Of a DNA stretch of 34,132 bases, positions 9,179 to 17,040 are shown piece by piece. The DNA comes from Planctomycetota bacterium (GTDB taxonomy: Bacteria; Planctomycetota; MHYJ01; WSZJ01; JACPWG01), in NCBI GenBank assembly GCA_016197205.1, contig JACPWG010000184.1, positions 1 to 34,132 on the forward strand. Reading direction: 5' to 3'. Each line of letters starts with the position of its first letter. Positions within the stretch are counted from its first letter, which is position 1. The notes below the pieces were generated by a model. It saw only the letters and a program-made list of their open reading frames with translations, searched no databases and was not told the origin of the DNA. Made by a program: the position numbers and the translations under genes.

Positions 9179-9622
9179 ATGAATCCACGCGACCTCCACC
9201 GGCTCGCCTCCCTTCTCTGCTCGCAGGCCCACGCGGGGCCCGCGGCCTCACGCACGGCGATCAGCCGATGCTACTACGCGGCATTTCATGTCGCCGCCGA
9301 GTTTCTTCGCGGGCGGAAGATGCCTGTACCCCGCAACGCCGGAGGGCATCGCGAAGCGCTTCTCCGCCTCATGAGCCTTCCGGAGCCTGACATCCGACTC
9401 GCGGCCGCCCTGATCGGAGACCTTCAGACGAAGCGGATCGAGGCGGACTACGACATGTCGCATGTCGGCGTGGAGCGGATCGACACGGCAAGGCGATGCG
9501 TCGAGAGCGCCCTCACGGTGATCGGTCTGCTTGACGGGAAGTGTAGATGCGACGAACTTGCCGGAGCGCATGCGCTCATGGATAGGGCGCCACTGTCGCG
9601 CCGACGCACTTCTTCGTCGTGA
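9179..9622 (+). CDS. HEPN-domain protein
   Basis: The motifs AISRCYYAAFHVAAEFL, RNAGGH (Rx4H) and LQTKRIEADYD resemble the HEPN (pfam05168-like) consensus. Confidence 0.65.
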   Translation: MNPRDLHRLASLLCSQAHAGPAASRTAISRCYYAAFHVAAEFLRGRKMPVPRNAGGHREALLRLMSLPEPDIRLAAALIGDLQTKRIEADYDMSHVGVERIDTARRCVESALTVIGLLDGKCRCDELAGAHALMDRAPLSRRRTSSS

Positions 9623-9733
9623 GCGTTTTCGAAAACGGGGCAAAGTGGGGGACACGTACTACTTTTTCTTCGGGCTCCGCGACGTTTGCTGCGAGGTGGA
9701 CTCGGCTGCGCGGGGGCGACCGCGCGGCTTCGG

Positions 9734-11229
9734 GGGTGCATCCCACTTTGGGGGTCAGGTGAATCATGCAGATTTCCGAAGCCGCGGGCTGTCCCACAAC
9801 CGCCCCCATTGCCCGGTCAGGTACAGCGTCCGCAGGCCCATTACATGCTCGGCACCGAGCTCGCCCCAGAACATGCCGGGGCCCTTCATGCGCATGGAGA
9901 ACAGCTGTTTACAGAAACTCTCGATGGCTCCGGATCCGATGCAACGGCCCGCTTTTCGGTTTTGGGCGTAGCGGGTCAAGCCATGATGGTTGTCCAGGTA
10001 CGTAGCGAGCTTGTTCAAGGCCTCAAGCTTTTTTGCCGCGTTCAAACCTCGTGGCTTCATGCGGTCCAGGGCGAGAATCGTGCTGGTGTCCCATCCTCGC
10101 CAGAGCCTGGCCATCATGCGGTCCACCCAGCACGCAGCGGCAGAGGTTTCCTCCCCGTGTAGCGCCTTGGCGGCCTCCCAGACATGCTCCTTCAGGTGAT
10201 AATAGTCGAGAATGTGCACGGCCCATGGGTACTGGTCGGCCCACTGCCAGATCCACTCGGCCCCATCGGCGATGATGATCACCTCCCAGTCGGTCCCCGG
10301 TGCCAAGCGGGTCATCCAGCGATCCAGTACACTCAGCACCTTGGACTTGTCGAGAGGATGGCTGATTCCCCGTTTTTCCCAACCACCCTTCTCGTTTCGC
10401 CACAGGACGAGGGCGGTGCAGGGCTCGCGCCACTCGCCGCCGTTCTGACGCGTGCGGATGCGTCCGCCATCCATCATGACATAGACCTGGCTTCCTTTCG
10501 GAGGAAGACTCTTCGCGGAGTCCGCCGGCGCCTCTGCCATGGCCTCCTTTGCTCGCGGTCCCAGGGCGGCGATGGTGCGCTGCACACGATTGTCGTCCAC
10601 CGTCAGGCCCGACATTTCCTCCACAGCGGCCTGGGCTTTCTCGAAGGACAGGTTGACACCCGCGATGGCGACGGCACTGGCGCAGGCCGCGCTCATGTGA
10701 TTCACGGCCTGAAGTGCCTCCTGAACCGCCCCGAGATGCCGTCCGCACTTCCGGCATACGGCTGTCCACTCTGGCACCCTGATGCTGCCCACGAGCAGTT
10801 GCAAACCGATGACTTTCATACCCTTGCCCTTCAAGGGGCCTTGGCAGAGCTCGCCACTCGGATTCGAGTGTCCTCGATCGCGTAGCGCCTTCCGAAGGTC
10901 CGGATCGGCATGCTCAAGAGCACTAATGGCGAGCGATGCTCCGAGCGACTGTAGCGAGATACGGAAACGCTGCTCTGCTTTGAGGGCAGAGAACTTCGGA
11001 CCGATGCCTCCTAGGAATTCCGTCACAGCGTTCACCAAGTTTCCAGCTTCTGCTTCGATTGCTTGCCGAACGACTGTATCCAGGGTATGCTGGTCCACCG
11101 TGGTATCCTCCTCTGCGCGGCGGGCTGGGCCTGCCGCATGGTTAATTCGGAAGCAGGGAGGATACCACAACTTTATCGGCTGTAAAGATTTCCTACGTTG
11201 AATGCCGGGCCGTTAGGCTGGGATGCACC
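9734..11229 (-). mobile_element. Complete insertion sequence (1496 bp) with 12-bp terminal inverted repeats GGGTGCATCCCA and an 8-bp target-site duplication GGCTTCGG
   Basis: The left end 9734-9745 is gggtgcatccca, and the right end 11218-11229 is tgggatgcaccc, its reverse complement. Identical direct repeats ggcttcgg flank it at 9726-9733 and 11230-11237. A single transposase ORF fills the element. Confidence 0.75.
9764..11170 (-). CDS. DDE transposase (468 aa), possibly ISKra4/ISLre2-like; the family assignment is tentative
   Basis: It lies inside the IR/TSD-bounded element and shows transposase-like conserved segments (VMMDGG, IIADGAEWIW, YYHLKEHVWEAA, CIGSGAIESFCKQ). Confidence 0.7.
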   Translation of the reverse strand: MWYPPCFRINHAAGPARRAEEDTTVDQHTLDTVVRQAIEAEAGNLVNAVTEFLGGIGPKFSALKAEQRFRISLQSLGASLAISALEHADPDLRKALRDRGHSNPSGELCQGPLKGKGMKVIGLQLLVGSIRVPEWTAVCRKCGRHLGAVQEALQAVNHMSAACASAVAIAGVNLSFEKAQAAVEEMSGLTVDDNRVQRTIAALGPRAKEAMAEAPADSAKSLPPKGSQVYVMMDGGRIRTRQNGGEWREPCTALVLWRNEKGGWEKRGISHPLDKSKVLSVLDRWMTRLAPGTDWEVIIIADGAEWIWQWADQYPWAVHILDYYHLKEHVWEAAKALHGEETSAAACWVDRMMARLWRGWDTSTILALDRMKPRGLNAAKKLEALNKLATYLDNHHGLTRYAQNRKAGRCIGSGAIESFCKQLFSMRMKGPGMFWGELGAEHVMGLRTLYLTGQWGRLWDSPRLRKSA

Positions 11230-11665
11230 CGGCTTCGGGGCGAGCGTGCGGCCGGTCATGCGTTCGGCGGTGGCGAGAAAGGCGTCGCTGCCGAGCGGAC
11301 CACCGGTGCGGGCGTGGCGCCGGAGGAGGTCGAACTCGGCCTCCCCGGGGCTGTGATGCAGGAACTCACGCCAGAACGCCGCGGGTTTGGCGAGGCACGT
11401 GCCCCGAACGATGCCGTCCTGGATTCCCCGCAGATGGGCGTGGTGTCCCCTATTATAGCCGCGCGTCCGGCACTCGGTGGCGCACCGCACCCAAACCTCT
11501 GCGCGGGATGGGGAAAATCGGGCATGCTGGCAGTCCGAGTTGCGATCTTTGATGGGCAATTCTCGGTAGGGGCACGCCGGTGCCGTGCCGACGAAGCGAG
11601 AAGTCGCATCGGACTTGCGCGACGGCAGCGGCAGGTTGAACCATGCCCGAGGATAGGCGCATCGC
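11230..11665 (-). pseudogene. Relic HUH/Y1 (IS200-like, long myxobacterial-type) transposase, degenerate and split by the IS. Its C-terminal continuation lies at 9659-9733.
   Basis: The reading frame ...FWREFLHHSPGEAEFDLLRRHARTGGPLGSDAFLATAERMTGRTLAPKP | RGRPRAAE...SPKKK* is continuous across the IS once the element and one TSD copy are removed. Its C-terminal pattern (G.PLGS..F......TGR.L.PK.RGRPR) matches the long Y1-transposase family tail. The HUH catalytic residues are not recognisable. Confidence 0.4.
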
Positions 11666-11677
11666 GACTCCTCCCGG

Positions 11678-14600
11678 TCAGGGCCTCGGCCCCTGCGGAT
11701 CGCCGGTCTGCGTCGGCGCCTGCCGGATGCGGCGTTCCAGGTCGTGGCCGCCTTCGAGGGCGAGGATGACGAGCTCGGACCCGGCGGCGCCAGCCCAGCG
11801 GCGGACGGAGAGGGAAGGGCGGAAGGCGAGGGGCCACAGAAACTGTGGAAACCACGCGACCGCCTCGCGGGTGTCCGCGCGTGCGAGTGCGAAGCCGACA
11901 AGTGCGCCCGCCGACCGCCATGGGACCTGCCTGTGGCCGTAGGCGACGGAAAGGGCATCCGACGATCCGTCGATGACCTGGAGGCACTCGCCAGTCCCCG
12001 TGTCCCAGACGACGACGGTGTCCCCGGACAGGCCCGCGATGCGGCCACCATCGGGCGAATAGGCGAGGCTCGTGACAGACCGCCCATGCCCGCGGAGGCA
12101 CGCGATCTCCCGGCCCGTCGTCGCTTCCCAGACGCGGACGGTCTTGTCCCAGGACCCGCTCGCGATCCGGACGCCGTCGGGTGAAAACGCGACGCTCCAG
12201 ACAACCTGCTCATGCCCGGGGAGGCACGCGATCTCCCGGCCCGTATCCGCTTCCCAGACGCGTACTGTCCCGTCGTTCGCTCCGCTCGCGATCCGGCCGC
12301 CGTTGGGCGAGAAGGCAATGCTGTTGACTTGGTCGCCATGCCCACGAAGGCAGGCGACCTCCCGGCCCGTCTCCAATTCCCAGACCCGTACCGTGTTGTC
12401 GCACGACCCGCTCGCGATCCGGCCGCCATCGGGTGAGAAGGCGACGCTTTCGACACTGCCCTCATGCCCGCGGAGGCAGGCGATTTCCCGGCCCGTCGCA
12501 GCGTCCCAGATGCGCACGGTCTTCTCTAGCGACCCGCTCGCGATTCGGCCGCTGTCAAGCGAGAATGCGACGCTCGTGACTTCTTTCTCATGTCCGCGGA
12601 GGCAGGCGATCTCCTGGCCCGTCGAAACGTCCCAGATGCGCACCGTCTTCTCCCGCGACCCGCTAGCGACTCGGCCGCCGTCGGGCGAGAAGGTGACGCC
12701 GCAGACCCAATCATTAAAAGTGCGGACGCAGGCTAGCTCCCGGCCCGTCGTCGCGTCCCAGACGCGGACGGTCTTGTCCCAGGACCCGCTCGCGATCCGG
12801 CCGCCGTCGGGTGAGTAGGCTACACTCTCTACACTGCTTTCGTGCCCCCGGAGGCAGGCAACCTCCTCGCCCGTCTCCGCTTCCCAGACACGCACAGTGT
12901 GGTCGTACGACGCGCTCGCGATCCGGCCGCCGTCGGGCGAATAGGCCACACTCGTGAACATGCTCGTATGCCTGTGGAAGGGGATCTCCCTGCCCGTCCT
13001 GACTTCCCTCTCGCGCATGTCCTGGTCGTACGCCCCGCTCCACTTCCAGCCACCGTCGGGCGAGTAGGCGTCGCCTTCCACGAAGTCCTGATGGGGGCGA
13101 ATGCAGGCGACCTGCCGGCCCGTCTCCGCTTCCCAGACGCGTACTGTCCGGTCGCACGACCCGCTCGCGAGCCGGCCGCCGTCGGGTGAGAAGGCAACGC
13201 TTTCGACACTGCTCGCATGACCGCGGAGGCAGGCGATCTCCCTGCCCGTCGCCGCGTCCCAAACGCGTACGGTCTTGTCGCGTGAGGCGCTCGCGATCCG
13301 GCGGCCGTCGGGCGAGAAGGCAACGCTCTTGACGGAGAGTTGATGCCCGCGAAGACATGTGACCTGCCGGCCCGTCTCCGCTTCCCAGACGCGTACTGTC
13401 CGGTCGCACGACCCGCTCGCGAGCCGGCCGCCGTCGGGTGAGAAGGCAACGCTTTCGACACTGCTCTCATGACCGCGGAGGCAGGCGATTTCCCTGCCCG
13501 TCGCCGCGTCCCAGACGCGCAGAGTCTCGTCGTTCGAGCCGCTCGCGATCCGGCCGCCGTCGGGCGAGAAGGCGACACTCGTGACCGAGTACTCGTGCCC
13601 GCTGAGGATCAACTCCAGCGGGGAGTCCACGGCCGTCGCGGGGGGCCGGATCGATCGCAGCCATGGGAAGTCCGGCGTCCGGCGCTCCTTCGCCGCCCGC
13701 CACGCCTCCAGGAGCGCGCTTAATTTCGGGCCCTCCCGCTCCCAGGGCGCACCCCCCGGCCCCCATCCGCCTTCCGGCGGGTCATAGTGCTCGGCGGCCT
13801 CCGCGCAGTCGTGCCACCAGCACGAGTTCCACAGGCACTGGAAGAGCGCTGTCGGATGGAGAGCGACGAACGCCGCGTCCCGCGAGATCGCCTTCCCCAG
13901 GAGCCGCACCCGCTCGCGCCCCGGCCGGTCCGCCTCAAGCACCCGCTTCGCCTCGGTGAAATCCCCTACCAGCTCTAGCGCCCGCCCGGCCGCCGCCTTC
14001 ACCTCCAGGTACACGAGGTCCGTCAGCACCGCCTCCAGATCGTCCTCACGCCCCGCCCGCGCGAGATGCGCGGGCAGATGCGCGATCATGTACGCCGACA
14101 TCCGCTCCGCACCCCGCCCGTGCTCCCTCATTCCCTCCTCGGCCAGCCGCCGCTCTCCATCCGCCGCGTCGACGGCGTACGGGCCCGCTAGGTGCAGACC
14201 CGTACGCCGGTCCTTCGTCGTCAGCCAGTCGCTGACAGACTGGTGGAAGGGCGCGACGGTCTCTGCCTCCTCCTTTGCGGTCGTCCCGGTCGCGGCCCGT
14301 CGGATCGGGAAGAGCGACCCCAACTCGCCGAGCTGTTCCCGCAGCTCGAAATCCGAGAGCCCCGCCGCCGCCGCCGCGATGCCCAGCGGAAGCGGCCCAC
14401 GCTGCGCGCAGATGGCACCCACCAGCGACCGGGTCCCGCGGCCGTACTCCTGCACCTCCGGGAACTGGCGCTGGAAGAACTTCTGGTAGTACCCCGCCAG
14501 CCCGACGGGGAACTCCTCCGGGCGGTCCAGCGAGAGCCGCCCCACGACCAGCTCCTCAAGCACGACCTTGGCGTAGAGGAACACACCCTCGCTTCGTCTC

Positions 14601-16354
14601 ACGACCTCGTCCACGGCCACCCCGCGCGGAGCGAACCCACGCGCGGTCAGCTCGCTCCACAGGTAGTCCCGTATGTCCTGCAGGTTCTCTGCCCGCTCCG
14701 CCTCGAACACGTAGGGCGCCAGCCCGGCCAGCGTCGACATTACCCCCGATTCGGGTCGGCTCGTCACGAGGAGGCGAAGCCAGAGTGGCGTCCTGGGCCA
14801 GCAGTCGCGCACCACCTCCGCCAGCTCGTTCCGACCGTTGCGCGTGCTCTCGTCGAGCCCGTCCAGGATCACCAGCCGTGGCGTATCCGGCGCCGGGAAA
14901 TCCTTCCCCAACGGCTGGACCCACAGGGTGTCGAAGACCGTGTACGCGTTCGCCGCGGCCTGCGCCTCCACGTCCAGGGCCTGCAACCGCCGATCGTACT
15001 CCGGCAGGTGCTGCGCCATCTGGTACGCTAGCGAAAGTAGCGCCTTGCGCGGGTCGGCCTTTTCATCGTGGCCGTGCACGCAGAGGTGATGGGCGGCGAC
15101 CCGGCCGTGGTAGTGCGCCAAGTGGGCGGCGAAGGCGGACTTGCCCACGCCCGGCCCGCCGACGAGCCAGAAGATCCGGCTCGCATCCGTCGGGCCCGCC
15201 ACGGGCGGAGCGCCCGGAGCCGCCTGAGCCACGGGAGCGGCAGCCGCGCTGGTCGCCCCGACCTCGCCGGCCAGCCAGCGATCCACCTCCGCGCGGAGCC
15301 AGTGCCGCCCGGTGAAGGCCGCCACGTGCCGGGCGATGTCCGCGTCGAAATCGAGCGGCCGGAGCGCTCGTTTGAGCCGCGCCTGCCCTCCCTCGAAGTC
15401 CAATTTGTCGCACTCCAGGGCGTCCAGCAGGCGCTTGAAGCGGCTCGCGTACTTCTCTGCCTTCTCCTCCGGAGGCAGGCAATCCCGCAGGTCCAGGTAT
15501 TGGATTCGGCAGATCGATATCGGCGGTCCGTTCGCGAGCCCGGCCACGAGCACGGGGATGATCAGCATGTTGCGCTCCAGGGCCTTCGCGATCTCGTTGA
15601 GGCAGAACCCGTCCGTCGAGGACGGATCACGCGGGTCGCGCCGGCGCACGGAGTGCGGCGTCATCAGAAGGAGCATTTTGTCGCAGCTCCTGAGTCCCTC
15701 CTCGATGTAGGCCGGGAAGTCCTGCCCGAGGCGGAGCCGTTCCACGTCGAACCAGACTTTGTGCCCGCGCCGTTCCAGGTCCCGCTTGATCCGCGACGCG
15801 ACGGGCTCGTGCTCGTCGTGCCCGTAGCTGAGGAAGACGCGGATCGGCCGGTCGGCGGCCGACGGTGAGGCAGCGCCAGACTCGGGTCCAACGGCCGGAC
15901 TCGATGTGCCCATCGCCGCGGTCGCCGGCGTGCCCGCGGTCAGGCTGACGGTCGTAGCCACGGTCGCCCGCGTCGAAGACGCCGCGCCGGGTCCGAGCGC
16001 GTCCTTCGCGCGCAGGATCGTCATCCGGTGGCCCACGGACGCGACGCCGATTTCCTTTAGCAAGTCGTGCGTCAGGTCGCGAAACGGCGCGTCCGCCGTG
16101 TCGCTCAGATGATTTGCTGCGAAGGCCTCGGCGTATTGCGGCAGCCCGAGCTCGGCCAGCCATTCGCGAATGTCCACCCCGGTCTCTCCGATCACACAGT
16201 TCGGGACCGTGTCAGAAGTCCGAGCTCTGCGATACCCCAGAGCAGCCGATGGCCGCAACCAAAGGGACGAGCCACCGAAGACGCCGAAAACACCGAAAGA
16301 CGAACCGCGAATTGCGCCGACTGCGCGAATTTTCTCCTGGGAATTCGTTGCCAA
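11678..16354 (-). CDS. STAND NTPase with SAM, TIR, NACHT and about 14 WD40 repeats (1558 aa as tracked; start uncertain, possibly GTG near 16195)
   Basis: A SAM-like segment (IREWLAELGLPQYAEAFAANHLS...LLKEIGVASVGHRMTILRAKDAL) is followed by a TIR domain (IRVFLSYGHDE...GFCLNEIAKAL, carrying the conserved catalytic-Glu motif). Next comes a NACHT domain with Walker A GGPGVGKS, Walker B LVILDGLDE and sensor LLVTSRP. It ends with many GHxxSVxSVAFSPDGxRIASGSxDxTVRVWDAxTGRE WD40 repeats. Confidence 0.85.
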   Translation of the reverse strand: MATNSQEKIRAVGAIRGSSFGVFGVFGGSSLWLRPSAALGYRRARTSDTVPNCVIGETGVDIREWLAELGLPQYAEAFAANHLSDTADAPFRDLTHDLLKEIGVASVGHRMTILRAKDALGPGAASSTRATVATTVSLTAGTPATAAMGTSSPAVGPESGAASPSAADRPIRVFLSYGHDEHEPVASRIKRDLERRGHKVWFDVERLRLGQDFPAYIEEGLRSCDKMLLLMTPHSVRRRDPRDPSSTDGFCLNEIAKALERNMLIIPVLVAGLANGPPISICRIQYLDLRDCLPPEEKAEKYASRFKRLLDALECDKLDFEGGQARLKRALRPLDFDADIARHVAAFTGRHWLRAEVDRWLAGEVGATSAAAAPVAQAAPGAPPVAGPTDASRIFWLVGGPGVGKSAFAAHLAHYHGRVAAHHLCVHGHDEKADPRKALLSLAYQMAQHLPEYDRRLQALDVEAQAAANAYTVFDTLWVQPLGKDFPAPDTPRLVILDGLDESTRNGRNELAEVVRDCWPRTPLWLRLLVTSRPESGVMSTLAGLAPYVFEAERAENLQDIRDYLWSELTARGFAPRGVAVDEVVRRSEGVFLYAKVVLEELVVGRLSLDRPEEFPVGLAGYYQKFFQRQFPEVQEYGRGTRSLVGAICAQRGPLPLGIAAAAAGLSDFELREQLGELGSLFPIRRAATGTTAKEEAETVAPFHQSVSDWLTTKDRRTGLHLAGPYAVDAADGERRLAEEGMREHGRGAERMSAYMIAHLPAHLARAGREDDLEAVLTDLVYLEVKAAAGRALELVGDFTEAKRVLEADRPGRERVRLLGKAISRDAAFVALHPTALFQCLWNSCWWHDCAEAAEHYDPPEGGWGPGGAPWEREGPKLSALLEAWRAAKERRTPDFPWLRSIRPPATAVDSPLELILSGHEYSVTSVAFSPDGGRIASGSNDETLRVWDAATGREIACLRGHESSVESVAFSPDGGRLASGSCDRTVRVWEAETGRQVTCLRGHQLSVKSVAFSPDGRRIASASRDKTVRVWDAATGREIACLRGHASSVESVAFSPDGGRLASGSCDRTVRVWEAETGRQVACIRPHQDFVEGDAYSPDGGWKWSGAYDQDMREREVRTGREIPFHRHTSMFTSVAYSPDGGRIASASYDHTVRVWEAETGEEVACLRGHESSVESVAYSPDGGRIASGSWDKTVRVWDATTGRELACVRTFNDWVCGVTFSPDGGRVASGSREKTVRIWDVSTGQEIACLRGHEKEVTSVAFSLDSGRIASGSLEKTVRIWDAATGREIACLRGHEGSVESVAFSPDGGRIASGSCDNTVRVWELETGREVACLRGHGDQVNSIAFSPNGGRIASGANDGTVRVWEADTGREIACLPGHEQVVWSVAFSPDGVRIASGSWDKTVRVWEATTGREIACLRGHGRSVTSLAYSPDGGRIAGLSGDTVVVWDTGTGECLQVIDGSSDALSVAYGHRQVPWRSAGALVGFALARADTREAVAWFPQFLWPLAFRPSLSVRRWAGAAGSELVILALEGGHDLERRIRQAPTQTGDPQGPRP

Positions 16355-16461
16355 AAAAACAAGCTTTTCGGCTATTGTGTCACAGTCCTGTGCAATGCAA
16401 GAATCAAGGCGCCGGCTCGCCTCGTCCCCTCGCCCTGGTCAGCCGTGAGCACACCCACGCG

Positions 16462-16932
16462 CTATTCACGCACGCCTGCGATTTTCGCCAGTTCGCCCGT
16501 GTATTCTTGCAGGTCACGCTGCAGGATCTTCAGCTCTTCGCGCAGCCCCTGCGCCCCTTTCCATGCCTGCTCGTGCTCGAACGGACTCACCGCCGGCCCG
16601 CGACCTGCCTCCCAGTAGCCGAGCAACGGATGCCACTTTGCCAGGAACGGCCGCACGCGTCGATTGAGGACCGCCAGGGCGATCCCGCCAACCGACTGCT
16701 TCGAGATCCCGATGTCGGGTCCCGCCTCACGCAGGATCTCGCGCGTGGTCTTGAACAGGCTGTAGAGCGAAGTGAGCGCCTCTCGCAGGAGTCCGTGGTC
16801 GACCGCCAACGGTTCGGTGGAAACGCGCGTGGCCAGCTCCACGTAAAGCGACCAGGCTGCACGGCGCTGCGTCGGGTTCGCCTCCCACTTCGCATCGATA
16901 TCGAGAAAGCCGAGCTTCAAGCTCACGCCCAC
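16462..16932 (-). CDS. Hypothetical 156-aa protein, predicted mostly helical, in an operon between the TIR/SLOG and STAND genes
   Basis: The ORF is on the same strand with 108-bp gaps on either side. No family was recognised. Confidence 0.45.
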   Translation of the reverse strand: MGVSLKLGFLDIDAKWEANPTQRRAAWSLYVELATRVSTEPLAVDHGLLREALTSLYSLFKTTREILREAGPDIGISKQSVGGIALAVLNRRVRPFLAKWHPLLGYWEAGRGPAVSPFEHEQAWKGAQGLREELKILQRDLQEYTGELAKIAGVRE

Positions 16933-17040
16933 GCTTTTCAGTTCCGCGGGGTCATCCTGGGAAATGGCGGTTGTCCTCCCACAGGTCGGTTCCGAGGATA
17001 GAAGCCCGCTGCAACGCCCTGCCTCCGCTTCCCAGGAAAG

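Noticed and set aside
11173-13578. Multiple long alternative-frame ORFs (11173..12465, 12714..13409, 12829..13578, 12072..12818 and others) inside the WD40 region
   Set aside because: They are frame-shifted or antisense readings of the repetitive WD40-coding DNA, Ser/Arg/Pro-rich. The exception is the 3' part of 11173..12465 between 11230 and 11665, which I interpret as the transposase relic.
16114-17001. 295-aa plus-strand ORF across the 5' end of the STAND gene and the 156-aa gene
   Set aside because: Antisense to two operon genes. Arg-rich with no motifs.
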